64,000 nucleotides of DNA from an uncultured Acidimicrobiia bacterium (GCA_963714055.1 OY970227.1:298085-362084); one strand, 5' to 3'. Numbered from the stretch's first letter, positions 45,444 to 55,666 are shown. The notes: generated by a model from the sequence alone, not told the origin. Program-made: numbers and translations.

Positions 45444-46955
45444 ATGCCGAGGGCCGAGCGGAGCGCATGGGAGACCAGGTTCGACTGGATCCTGGCGGTG
45501 TTGATGATCGGCTCGTACGCGCTCGCCGTGTTCCAGAGCGCCCTATCCGAGAACACGGGGGTCGAGCTGGTGGTGGCGGCGGTGGTCACCGGCGCCTACG
45601 TACTCGTGATGCAGACCGTCCCCCGCAAGTGGCGAGACGTCGGGGTGCCCGGCGAGGTGCTGGCGATCGCCGGTGTGGTGGCGACACTCACCGCCGTCTA
45701 CCTCACCGACGCCGGCAACCCCGGGTACGTGCTGATGGTGTCGGTGCCGATCTTCTTCGCCTCCGCCTTCATGGGCTTCCGGGTGGGCATCGAGGTGGCG
45801 TTGCTGGCCAGTTTCGGCTACCTGGCGATAGTCATCGTCGAAGGGCTGCCGTTTCTCGACGCGGTGCAGGCGGTGGCCTTCTACCTGTTGATGGGCGCCG
45901 CCTTCGCCCAGGCCCGGCGCATCCTGGTCGTCGAGCGCGAGGAGTCGGCGGCGGCCCTGCGAGCCTCACAGCTCGACATCGAACGGCTCGACCGCCTCGA
46001 GGAGGCCCACTCGCTCTTGGTCGAGCTGGCCGAGGTGGCGGGCACCAACGAGCTCAGCCCCTCCACCGTCGGCGAAGCGGCATTACTCGACCTGGCCGCC
46101 CGGCTGCCCATCGCCGGCGGCGAAGTATCCATGAACGGCGACGATGGTCCGGTCTCCACCTGGGGACATCGTTCGAGCAACGGGGCCGGCCCGGCCGAGT
46201 ACCCGCTGATCTCCGGCGGGCGCCCGGTCGGCATGGTGCACCTGTGGCCGGTCGACGGCATGGACCTCGCCCAGCACAAGGACGATATCGACAGCAGCCT
46301 CTCCGGCGTCGCCCTCGCCTTCGACAACATCAAGCTGCTGGGCACGGTGGCCCGGCGGTCGGTGCAGGACGAGCGCAGCCGGGTCGCCCGCGAGCTCCAC
46401 GACGACATCGGGCCGGCACTCGCCTCGCTCGGCCTGGTCGTCGACGTGATGGTGCAGACGAGAACGGATCCGGGGCTCACCCCCGAGCTCCGCAAGCTGC
46501 GCGGGGAGATCACCGACCTGGTGGAACGGGTGAGGGCCACCGTGGCGGACCTGCGCCGGGCCGACACCACCACCGTGATGGACCACGTCCACCGCATCGT
46601 CACCGAGCTCGGCGACCACGCCCCGCGGGTGGTGGTCGCCATCGACGAGCGGTCTGCCGCCGACGGCGCCACCGCCGCCGAGGTGGGCTCGGTGCTGGTG
46701 GAGGCGGTGCGCAACGCCGCCCGCCACTCGGAGGCGACCCAGATCCGCATCGAAGGGATCGTGGACGGCGCCAATGGCGAGCTGGCGGTGGTCGACAATG
46801 GTCACGGATTCGACCCGCAACTCGCCTACGCCGGGCACTTCGGGCTGGTTGGGATGCAGGAACGGGCCGTCGCCATCGGTGGCGACCTCAGCATCTCGTC
46901 CCGGCCCGGTGCCGGGACCCGGGTGACGGTAACGTGGGGGGACGACACCCGATAG
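45444..46955 (+). CDS. Membrane sensor histidine kinase (HisKA_3)
   Basis: About 5 TM helices, ERSRVARELHDDIG H-box, EAVRNAARHS, DNGHGF, FGLVGMQER, GAGTRV. Confidence 0.92.
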   Translation: MPRAERSAWETRFDWILAVLMIGSYALAVFQSALSENTGVELVVAAVVTGAYVLVMQTVPRKWRDVGVPGEVLAIAGVVATLTAVYLTDAGNPGYVLMVSVPIFFASAFMGFRVGIEVALLASFGYLAIVIVEGLPFLDAVQAVAFYLLMGAAFAQARRILVVEREESAAALRASQLDIERLDRLEEAHSLLVELAEVAGTNELSPSTVGEAALLDLAARLPIAGGEVSMNGDDGPVSTWGHRSSNGAGPAEYPLISGGRPVGMVHLWPVDGMDLAQHKDDIDSSLSGVALAFDNIKLLGTVARRSVQDERSRVARELHDDIGPALASLGLVVDVMVQTRTDPGLTPELRKLRGEITDLVERVRATVADLRRADTTTVMDHVHRIVTELGDHAPRVVVAIDERSAADGATAAEVGSVLVEAVRNAARHSEATQIRIEGIVDGANGELAVVDNGHGFDPQLAYAGHFGLVGMQERAVAIGGDLSISSRPGAGTRVTVTWGDDTR

Positions 46956-46959
46956 GAGC

Positions 46960-47607
46960 GTGCCCCCCATCGTGATCGACATCCTCATCGCGGACGACCA
47001 CCGTCTGATGCTGGAGAGCCTGGCCGAGGCACTCGACAGCATCCCCGATATCCGGGTGGTCGGCACCGCCATCGACGGCTCCGAGCTCCCCGATGCGGTA
47101 CGGCGCCATCGACCGCACGTGCTCCTGGTCGACATCGAGATGCCCCAGGTGTCGGGGATCGCCGCTCTGCGGGAGCTACCCGGCGACATCCCGGCGGTGG
47201 TGGTTACCATGCACACCGGCGAAGCGGAACGACGCCAGGCCAAGGCGGCCGGCGCAGTCGGTTTCCTCTCCAAGGCGACGCCGCTTCCCGACCTGGCCGC
47301 CGCGGTGCGAGCGGCCGCCGCCGGCGAGGACCTGATGGACGACGAGCAGCTCGCTGAGGTGCTCGACCGGCACCGGGCGCCACAGCTCGACGAGGGCGCC
47401 GCATCCCTCACGGCACGGGAGCGGGAGATCCTCAAGCTGCTCGCCTCCGGGGTGAGCGCCACCGACGAGCTCGCCGACCAGCTGTACATCTCGCAGAAGA
47501 CGGTGAAGAACCACCTGGCCAACATCTACGAGAAGCTGGCGGTGGCCGACCGCGCCCAGGCGGCGGTCGAAGCGATCCGGTTGGGACTGCACAAGGAACC
47601 CTCCTGA
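46960..47607 (+). CDS. NarL/LuxR-family response regulator
   Basis: IADDH, LVDIEMP, LTAREREIL..LYISQKTVKNHLANIYEKL. Confidence 0.93.
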   Translation: MPPIVIDILIADDHRLMLESLAEALDSIPDIRVVGTAIDGSELPDAVRRHRPHVLLVDIEMPQVSGIAALRELPGDIPAVVVTMHTGEAERRQAKAAGAVGFLSKATPLPDLAAAVRAAAAGEDLMDDEQLAEVLDRHRAPQLDEGAASLTAREREILKLLASGVSATDELADQLYISQKTVKNHLANIYEKLAVADRAQAAVEAIRLGLHKEPS

Positions 47608-47748
47608 CACCGTCGAGTCTGCCTCACCCGCGGCTCCCCGCCCACGGATGAGAAGTTGGTGAGATAGGTCGCCCGGACCATCCCTATCGTCCGGGAAGCA
47701 GGTAAACTTCGACGTGCATCGGCGACAGCGAGAGGAGGTGGGGTAACC

Positions 47749-47943
47749 ATGTCTGATGCAATGATGAAACTCTATGTGAGCGCGAGGACCCTGATGGTCA
47801 GGGACGTCGAGCGTGGGGCGAGCCTTGTGGAGTATGCCCTGCTGGTCGCCCTCATCGCCTTGATCGCGATCGGCGGCATCACGCTGCTCGGCCAGAACAC
47901 GGACGCCACGCTCACCGACATCGCCAACGAGGTCGGCGGCTGA
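47749..47943 (+). CDS. flp: Flp type IVb pilin
   Basis: ERG-ASLVEYALLVALIALIAIG Flp motif; RBS GAGGAGG. Confidence 0.93.
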   Translation: MSDAMMKLYVSARTLMVRDVERGASLVEYALLVALIALIAIGGITLLGQNTDATLTDIANEVGG

Positions 47944-47989
47944 GCCGGTAGTCGTGGCTTGGACTTGGCACCCGAGGTTGGGGGAGAAG

Positions 47990-48183
47990 GTGCGTAACTC
48001 CGAGGATGCATACAGACGTGCGGCGGCACTCGACGACTCGACCGTGAGCGAGGTCGGGGCAAGCCTCGTCGAGTACGCACTCCTCGTAGGCTGATCGCTC
48101 TCGTCGCCGTAGGTGCAGTGCAGGTACTCGGCGTCAACGTCGCAGCCCGCTTTCAGCAGTTCACCGGGATGTTCGGCGGCTGA
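47990..48183 (+). CDS. flp: Second Flp pilin (1-nt frameshift near 48089)
   Basis: EVG-ASLVEYALLV then, shifted, LIALVAVGAVQVLGVNVAARFQQFTGMFGG*; RBS GGGGAG. Confidence 0.8.
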
Positions 48184-48205
48184 CTCAGCCGGGGCAACGA
48201 AGCTG

Positions 48206-48227
48206 TCAGGGGCCCTCGGGCCCCTGA
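48206..48227. terminator. Hairpin between convergent flp and tadC
   Basis: TCAGGGGCC-CTCG-GGCCCCTGA. Confidence 0.6.
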
Positions 48228-48265
48228 CCCGCGTCAGGCACCCCGATCTCGCCAACCGGTCTGGC

Positions 48266-49176
48266 TCACCCGCCGAGCAGGTTGTTGGCCACGTTGATCG
48301 CCGCCGGCCCCAGCATCACAACGAACAATGCAGGGAACACGCACAGGACGAGGGGGAACACCATCTTCACCGGGGCAGCGAACGCCCGCTCCTGGGCGCG
48401 CTGACGCCGCCGATCCGCATCTCCTCGGCCTGCACCCGCAGCATCTTCCCGATGCTCACCCCGAAGCTGTCCGCCTGGTTGAGGGCGAGGATGAACGAGT
48501 TGAGGTCGTCGACATCGGTGCGTTTCGCCAGGTTGCGCATCGCCTCCGAGCGGCTCACCCCGACCCTGTTCTCCTGCATCATCCGGGCGAACTCGTCGGA
48601 CAGCTCGCCGGGCACGTGCCGGACGACACGGTCGAGCGCCGAGTCGAACCCGAGCCCGGCCTCGATGGAGATGACCATGAGGTCGATGATGTCCGGCAGG
48701 TCCCGCTCGATGGCGCCCACCCGCTCGTCGACGCGCCGGTTGAGCAGCTGATCAGGCCCGACGGTGCCGATGACGGCGAGGATGAAGAACACCAGCCACT
48801 GGGCGGCGCCCTCGACCACCAGGGCGAGAAGGATGAAGAGCAGAGCACACCCGATGAAGGTGACCAGCTTGATCGCCGCCCACGAGGTCTCGTCGATGTC
48901 GGGGTACCAACCGGCGCGGACCAGCCGGCGGCGGGAGCGGTCGATCCAGGCCTGTGGAGAGAGCCGCATCCCCAGCGCACCGATGCGCTGCCCCATCGGC
49001 CCCAGCACCCGGTCGCGGAAGGGCAGGTCGGCGACATCGGTCGTCCCGCCCAGACCGGCCACCCTCTTGTTGGCGCTGTCGGAGGCACGTTGCAGCGATC
49101 GTCCGCTGACGTAGGCGATGTAGGCCACCGCCAGGGCGGTGAAGACGATGGCGGCAATCCCGGTCCAGCCCATCAC
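48266..49176 (-). CDS. tadC: Tad pilus platform protein TadC (frameshift near 48412)
   Basis: [37 protein letters not shown]; tail [21 protein letters not shown] in another frame. Confidence 0.88.
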
Positions 49177-50186
49177 ACGTCAGTCTTCACGATGCGTGCC
49201 ATCCAGATGAGCCCGACGATGAGCAGCAGCCCTGACCCGATCAGCGCCGCAATCCCGACAGTGCTCTCGAACAGCGGGGCGACGTAGTCGGGATTCACGA
49301 CCAAGAGGAAGCCGAGGATCAGGAACGGCATCGACCCGAGCACCAGGGCGGAGATGCGGCCCTCGGCGGTGAGCGCCCGGATCTCCCGCCGCATCCTGGT
49401 ACGTTGCAGCATCGTGTCGGCGGCGGTGTCGAACACCTCTGCCAGGTTGCCGCCCACCTCCCGCTGGATGGTGAAGGCGAGCACCACCCAGTCGAAGTCG
49501 ACCGAGTCCATGCGCACCGCCGAGTCCTGCAGCGCCTCGGCCACCGAGCGGCCCAGCCGGATCTCGTTGAGCACCCGGGAGAACTCGCGGGCGGTGGGGT
49601 CGGGGGCCTCCTGGGCGACGGCGTCGAGCGCCTGGAGCATCGAGTACCCGGCCCGCAGCGAAGTGGCGAGCAGCGCCAGCGTGTCGGGGAGCTGCTCCTC
49701 GAAACGGCGTCGCTGGCGTGAGGCCGCCGCCGCCACCAGGTAGGCGGCCGTCACCACGGCGATGACCGCGATGATCACGGCGGTGAGCAGGCTGCCGAAG
49801 ATCACCAGGCCGACCAGCCCGACCAGGATGGCGATCAGCAGCAGGGCCGCCATCGCTTCGCCGGCACGCAGGTTGAGGTTCGCCTGGTCGAGGGCGGTCT
49901 CGATCTGCGACAGGAACCCGCGTCGCTCCGCCATCCGCTCGGCGGTGACGGCGAACCGACGGAGCAGTCTGATCCGACCCATCCAGCCTGTCGGCACCTC
50001 CTCGTCGCTGTAGGCCGACAGCCGCGTGTCCAGGTTGCTCTCCACCGAACGGCCGCTGAGCACCAGGTAGAAGAGCAGGAAGATCGCCACGCCGCCGCAC
50101 AACACACCGAGTACGACCCAGGTGCGTCCCTCGACGCCGATGTCGGGGGCTGCGGTGGCGACGAGGTCTAACAGCACCAGGCTCAT
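49173..50186 (-). CDS. tadB: Tad pilus platform protein TadB
   Basis: FEEQLPDTL..SLRAGYS, IQREVGGNLAE, ALTAEGRIS. Confidence 0.9.
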   Translation of the reverse strand: MSLVLLDLVATAAPDIGVEGRTWVVLGVLCGGVAIFLLFYLVLSGRSVESNLDTRLSAYSDEEVPTGWMGRIRLLRRFAVTAERMAERRGFLSQIETALDQANLNLRAGEAMAALLLIAILVGLVGLVIFGSLLTAVIIAVIAVVTAAYLVAAAASRQRRRFEEQLPDTLALLATSLRAGYSMLQALDAVAQEAPDPTAREFSRVLNEIRLGRSVAEALQDSAVRMDSVDFDWVVLAFTIQREVGGNLAEVFDTAADTMLQRTRMRREIRALTAEGRISALVLGSMPFLILGFLLVVNPDYVAPLFESTVGIAALIGSGLLLIVGLIWMARIVKTDV

Positions 50187-51538
50187 CGGGCCCTGGCCAC
50201 GAACGGCTCGGGCTCGAACAGGTCGGCGGCGAGCTCGATCCCCTGTTCCTCGAGCCGTTCGAGGAAGTGGGGTCGGAAGCCGGTGGCTTTGAGCCTGCCG
50301 AGGAACCGGCCGTCCTGGTCCATACCCATCCCGTAGTCGAACCGGAAGAGGTCGTTGGTGGTGACGACGTCCGACTCCATGCCCACCACCTCGGTGACGT
50401 GGGTGATCTTCCGGGTGCCGTCGCGCATCCGGTGGAGGTGGATGATCAGGTCGACCGCCGAGGAGATCTGCTCCCGCACCGCCCGCACCGGCAGGTCCAT
50501 GCCCGCCATCAACACCATGGTCTCGATCCGGGACAGCGTGTCGCGGGGCGAGTTCGAGTGGATGGTGGTCAACGAGCCGTCGTGGCCGGTGTTCATCGCC
50601 TGGAGCATGTCGAGCGCCTCGCCGCCGCGCGCCTCGCCGACGATGATCCGGTCGGGACGCATGCGCAGCGCGTTGCGCACCAGGTCGCGGATCGAGACCT
50701 CCCCCTTGCCCTCCAGGTTCGCCGGGCGCTGCTCCATGGAGAGCACGTGGAGCTGGTTGAGCTGCAGCTCGGCGGCGTCCTCGATGGTGACGATCCGCTC
50801 GTTGTCGGGGATGAAGCTGGAGACCACGTTGAGCATCGTGGTCTTGCCCGACCCGGTGGACCCACTCACGATCATGTTGATCCGCCCGGTCACGCTCCGT
50901 CGCAGCAACCCGGCCACCTGGTTGGTCATGGTGCCGTTCTCGACGAGGTCGTCCACGGTGAACGGCTCGACGGCGAACTTCCGGATGGTGAGGAACGGCC
51001 CGCCGATGGCGAGCGGGTGGATGACCGCGTTGACCCGCGACCCGTCGGGAAGCCGTGCATCGACCATCGGGTTGGACTCGTCGATGCGCCGGCCCACTTG
51101 GCCGACGATCTTCTCGATGATCCGCTCGACATGGGTGGCGTCCACGAACCTGGTGTCGGTGAGGTGGATGATGCCCGCTCGCTCCACCCAGACCTGGTTG
51201 GCACCGTTGACCATGACCTCGGTCACGTTGGGGTCCTGCAGGTAAGGGTCGATGGGCCCGTAGCCGAGGACGTCGTCGGCGATCTCCTGGAGCAGGACGA
51301 CCCGATCCGAGCGGGCCAGCGGGACCGACTCCTCCTGGTCGAAAGCCCACTCCAGCATCTCCATGACCCGGGTCTTCAGCTCGCCGTCGGAGATGTGGCG
51401 GTCGTACAGGGTGGGGCCGAGCCCTTCGACCACCTTGTAGTGGAGGCGGCGGCGGAGGTCCTGCCGAGCCTCGAGCCGCTGGCCCTCGATGGTCCGCCCG
51501 GCATCCCGGGCCGCCTTGACCCTGTCGCCCAGCGTCAT
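50183..51538 (-). CDS. tadA: Tad pilus ATPase TadA/CpaF
   Basis: DARLPDGSRVN, GSTGSGKTT, TIEDAAEL, LRMRPDRIIVGE, AMNTGHDGS. Confidence 0.95.
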   Translation of the reverse strand: MTLGDRVKAARDAGRTIEGQRLEARQDLRRRLHYKVVEGLGPTLYDRHISDGELKTRVMEMLEWAFDQEESVPLARSDRVVLLQEIADDVLGYGPIDPYLQDPNVTEVMVNGANQVWVERAGIIHLTDTRFVDATHVERIIEKIVGQVGRRIDESNPMVDARLPDGSRVNAVIHPLAIGGPFLTIRKFAVEPFTVDDLVENGTMTNQVAGLLRRSVTGRINMIVSGSTGSGKTTMLNVVSSFIPDNERIVTIEDAAELQLNQLHVLSMEQRPANLEGKGEVSIRDLVRNALRMRPDRIIVGEARGGEALDMLQAMNTGHDGSLTTIHSNSPRDTLSRIETMVLMAGMDLPVRAVREQISSAVDLIIHLHRMRDGTRKITHVTEVVGMESDVVTTNDLFRFDYGMGMDQDGRFLGRLKATGFRPHFLERLEEQGIELAADLFEPEPFVARAR

Positions 51539-51542
51539 CGCG

Positions 51543-52724
51543 TTACCTCCTCAGCCGGCGGCTGGTCCGCTCGCCGCCACTGGACGCCGGGGAGCCGTCG
51601 TACACCAGCTTGGTGACGTTCCGGAAGTCGCGCGCCACCCGTGAGCGGGGGTTGAGTTGCACGACGGGGACGCCTTCGTTGACCGACCGGGGCACCAGCT
51701 TGTCGGATACCACCGATGCCTCCACCTTGAGCCCGAGCGACCGCTCCAGTTCGGCGACGTCGAGCCGGGCCTTGGAGTTGTTGCGGTTGAGGACCAGGCG
51801 GATCTTCTCGAACGGGAACTTGATCAGCCGGAGGGTGTCGAGGGCGAGCTTGGCGTTCTTGACGCTGGGGAGGTCCATGTCGACCACCAGCAGCACGGCG
51901 TCGCTGCGCTCGAGGATCGACAGCACCGGCTCGTCGAGGAATGGAGCGGTGTCGACGACGATGTACTCGAACATCCTGCGCAGCATTCCCATGGTGCGGA
52001 CGACGACCGGGGTGGACACCTCGTCGGCGAGCGCAGGCTCGAGCGGTGCCGCCAGCACCCGGAGCCCACTGGGATGGCGGGCCAGCAGGCTGCCGAGCAG
52101 CTCCTCGTCGAGCTTCTCGATGTCGCGAGAGACGTCGACCAGGGTGTGCTTGGGGTCGACCTGGAGGGCGATGCAGATGTCGCCGAACTGGAGGTCGGCG
52201 TCCATCACCACCACTTGGTCGGGGCCGGCCCATTCGGCCAGTGTCACCGCCACGTTGGTGGCGGTGACCGTCTTCCCGGCGCCGCCCTTGGGCGACATGA
52301 TGGTGACTACCTTGCCGATCCGCGGCCGCCAGTCGACGGCCTCGCTCTCCTCGTCGCCCTCACGGTCGAGCAGCCCGAGCGAGTCCCGCAGCTTGTCGGT
52401 GGTGATCGGAGTCTCCAGGACGTCCTTGATCCCCAGCCGCATCGCGGTGCGGAGCAGCTCGGTGGTCATCTCGTCGCTGACCACGATCACCGGGAGGCTC
52501 GGCTTCAGCTCGAAGAGGCTGGTGATCTCGCGCACCGCGTCGGTTCGCCCGTAGCCCGGCCCGACGATGGCGACGTCGATGGTCTCCTCGACCAGGCGAC
52601 GCTGGGCGTCGCTCATGTTGCGGGCGGTATGGACGGCGTGATCGCTCAGCAGGCCCTTGGTGTCGTCGACGAACCCTGCCTCGGTGTCGACGAGCAGGAC
52701 GGACCAGGAGCGATCAACCGCCAT
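51543..52724 (-). CDS. cpaE: TadZ/CpaE (pseudo-receiver + ParA/MinD ATPase)
   Basis: N-terminal receiver-like domain, SPKGGAGKT, DADLQFGD, VVDT. Confidence 0.88.
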   Translation of the reverse strand: MAVDRSWSVLLVDTEAGFVDDTKGLLSDHAVHTARNMSDAQRRLVEETIDVAIVGPGYGRTDAVREITSLFELKPSLPVIVVSDEMTTELLRTAMRLGIKDVLETPITTDKLRDSLGLLDREGDEESEAVDWRPRIGKVVTIMSPKGGAGKTVTATNVAVTLAEWAGPDQVVVMDADLQFGDICIALQVDPKHTLVDVSRDIEKLDEELLGSLLARHPSGLRVLAAPLEPALADEVSTPVVVRTMGMLRRMFEYIVVDTAPFLDEPVLSILERSDAVLLVVDMDLPSVKNAKLALDTLRLIKFPFEKIRLVLNRNNSKARLDVAELERSLGLKVEASVVSDKLVPRSVNEGVPVVQLNPRSRVARDFRNVTKLVYDGSPASSGGERTSRRLRR

Positions 52725-53739
52725 CGGCGTTCTCCAATGCGGTGATGAGACGCTCGGCGAAACGGGTCACGTCCTCCATGGTGGCACCGGTGAGGTCCAG
52801 CTCGGTGTACTCGCCTTCGGCGGGGAGCAGGCTCAACCCGAGGACACCGTTCTGGCGGGCGAACTCGAGCAGCTCGGCTTCATCGGGGAGGACCTCGAGC
52901 ACCACGGACGTCACCGTGGCCGGGTCGCCGTTCTCGTCGACGGTCTCCTGCGGGTTCGACACCGAGGCCGAGCCGACGGCGAGGACAGGGATGTTCTGGA
53001 GGATGGTTCTGGTGAACGTCACCGTGTCGGGGAGCGATGCGGCGATCTGGGAAAGAGCGTCCTCCGACACCTCGGTGACGACCTCGCCCTCCTCGTTCGT
53101 CGTCTCGATGACCTCGGTGTTGGTGAGGAACTCGGGGATCACGGCACCCTCGAGCAGCAGTTCGCGGGTCTCCGGGTTGGAGAGCAGCTCCTTGATGCTC
53201 TCGACGCCGAAGGTGAGGGTCGCCAGCACGTTGACCCGATCGAGGGGCTCCACGAACTGGCCGACGGCGCCCACCTCGTCGGGGCTCATCGCCACGGCCA
53301 TCTTCCCCTCGGGCACGTCGGTCGCCAGCCGGTCCGGGTCGGAGGCACCGGCCTCGACGAACATGTCGGTGGTGATGACCTGGCCCTCGCTGATCGGCCC
53401 GGCGGCGACGCCGCCCGTCAGCAGCTCGTCGATGTCGCTCGGGTTGTCGTCGCACACCGTCGGGTCCGACGCCGTCGCCGGGTCGACCGGGCCGGCGCAC
53501 ACGATCGTCGAGCCTTCGAACACCACGTCCCGGACCAGGGCCGGGGACGTGCCGATGGAGCTGCTCGCCTCGGTGCCCGCGGTCCCGTCGGCGATCAGCG
53601 ACGTGGCCTTGTAGACCAGCACCTCTTCGAGATCGCCCCTCACCTGGTCCTCGACCGACGCCAGGTATCGCCAGACGGCGACGGCGGCCACCACCGCCAA
53701 GATCAGCGCCACCGTCAACACCACTGTGCGACGACTCAT
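52714..53739 (-). CDS. cpaB: Flp pilus assembly protein CpaB/RcpC
   Basis: N-terminal TM, SAF-like region, VPEGKMAVA..VGQFVEPLDRVNV, LQNIPVLAVG, VVLEV. Confidence 0.85.
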   Translation of the reverse strand: MSRRTVVLTVALILAVVAAVAVWRYLASVEDQVRGDLEEVLVYKATSLIADGTAGTEASSSIGTSPALVRDVVFEGSTIVCAGPVDPATASDPTVCDDNPSDIDELLTGGVAAGPISEGQVITTDMFVEAGASDPDRLATDVPEGKMAVAMSPDEVGAVGQFVEPLDRVNVLATLTFGVESIKELLSNPETRELLLEGAVIPEFLTNTEVIETTNEEGEVVTEVSEDALSQIAASLPDTVTFTRTILQNIPVLAVGSASVSNPQETVDENGDPATVTSVVLEVLPDEAELLEFARQNGVLGLSLLPAEGEYTELDLTGATMEDVTRFAERLITALENADGG

Positions 53740-53864
53740 CGACAACCCCCCTCGGGCACCTAGTTCCCTCTACCCGGCGATCGCAACGCACGTGACCGTG
53801 GGGTCATGGCGCCCACGGGCCCCGTCCCAGACAACAGCAGAGTGTAGACCGTCTGATATGACGC

Positions 53865-55557
53865 CTACTTTCGTCCTATGCCGCGTTCCTTGAGCTCCTG
53901 GAGGATCGCCTCGAGCGACGCATCGGCGTTGAAGGAAGGGGCGGCCGGCGTCTCCTCTTCCTCACGCTGGAACTCACGACGGGGGGCGCGGGGCGGGCGA
54001 GGCGCTTCGCGGGCGGGCGGCTGCTGGGTCCGTTCCGACCACTGCGAGCGCTCTTCCCACTCGGGCAGCGCCTGCTTGATGGACAGGCTGACCCGCCGGC
54101 GCTCCATGTCGATCTCGGTGACCTTGACCCGGACCTGCTGGCCGATGGACAGCTCCAGCTCGGGGCTGGGGACGTGGTGGATGGCGATCTCGGAGACGTG
54201 GACCAGCCCTTCGACGCCGTCGCTCACCGAAACGAAGGCCCCGAACGGCACCGTCTTGGTGACCTCGCCGTCCACGACGGCGCCCACCTCGACGTCACGG
54301 GCGAACTCGTCCCACGGGTCCTCACGGGTCTGCCGGATCGACAGCGAGATGCGCTCCCGGTCCCGGTCGACCTCGAGCACCTTCACCTTGACCTTGTCGC
54401 CGACGTTGACGATCTCGCTGGGGTGGGAGACATGCTGCCAAGACAGCTCCGAGACGTGGACCAGCCCGTCCATTCCTCCGAGGTCGACGAAGGCGCCGAA
54501 GTTGACCACCGAGGAGACGACTCCGTCGCGGACATCGCCCGGCTGGAGATCGCCGAGGAACGCCTGGCGCTGTTCGGCCTGGGCCTCCTCGAGGTATGCG
54601 CGCCGAGAGAGCACGACGTTGTTGCGGTTCTTGTCGAGCTCGATGACCTTGGCCTCGATCGTCTCGCCGACGAACGGATAGAGGTCGCGCACCCGGCGTA
54701 GGTCCACCAATGAGGCGGGCAGGAACCCGCGCAGCCCGATGTCGACGATGAGGCCACCCTTGACCACCTCGATGACCGGCCCGGTCACCGTCCCGCCGTC
54801 GTGCATGACCTGCTCGATCCGGCCCCAGGCGCGCTCGTACTGCGCCCGCTTCTTGGAGAGCACCAGGCGACCCGACTCGTCCTCCTTCTGGAGGACCAGC
54901 GCTTCGATCTCGTCGCCGACGGTCACCACCTCGGAGGGGTTTGCGGTGTTGCGGATCGAGAGCTCGTTGGACGGGATGACGCCTTCGGACTTGTAGCCGA
55001 TGTCGATCAACACCTCGTCCGGGTCGACCCGCACCACCTTGCCGGCCACGATGTCGCCCTCGCGGAACTCGAACACGGTGCGGTCGACCGCCTCGGCGAA
55101 GTCGTCGGCGGACAGGTCGTCCTCGACGTGGCCGATGTCACGAGGGGCGGTGATCGCCGGTCGCAGACCGCGATCGCTCCGCGGCGCCGGGACGCTCTCC
55201 TCGCCGGCCTCCTCGGATGCGTCGTCGACCTTGGCCGGTGCCGCTTCGGTGGCGTCGACGGGAGTCGCCTCGGCTTCTCCTGCGATCGCCTCGTCGGCGC
55301 TCGACGTGAGTCGCCTCGTCTCCTGCGATCGCCTCGTCGGCGTCGACGTGAGTCGCCTCGTCTCCTGCGATCGCCTCGGCGACGGGCGACAGGTCGTCGG
55401 TCACCGGGGGGTCATCGGTCACGGGGACGTTTTCGGTGCTCGGGGTCTCGGGGGTCTCCGGGCTGTCAGCCCCGTCGACCCGGGTGGGGGCGGGAGCTTC
55501 GGTGTCCCGGACATCGTGGTCCAGGGCCTCCACTTCCGTCTCGTTCTCGATCGTCAT
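53865..55557 (-). CDS. rpsA: 30S ribosomal protein S1 with long acidic N-terminal extension (frameshift at 55300)
   Basis: Four S1 domains (DIGYKSEG, GLRGFLPAS, FGAFVDLGG, FGAFV); RBS AAGGAG before ATG 55557. Confidence 0.95.
55277..55378. repeat. 42-bp tandem repeat (~2.4 copies) in the rpsA extension
   Basis: CTCCTGCGATCGCCTCGTCGGCGTCGACGTGAGTCGCCTCGT; first copy has one extra C. Confidence 0.9.
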
Positions 55558-55666
55558 GCGACAGCATCAGCTCCTTGAAGGATGACTTGCCTCCGTGCGC
55601 GCGGGAAGCCCGACGGGGCGGCCACAGGCTACCAGGTCCGGTGATCCGTTGGGTCAGCGCGTTGTG

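Noticed and set aside
53740-53862. Riboswitch or PafBC motif in front of the Tad operon
   Set aside because: A TACACT -10 is present, but the upstream CGTCAT is at N11 and mismatched; the leader has one hairpin and no c-di-GMP aptamer features I can recognise
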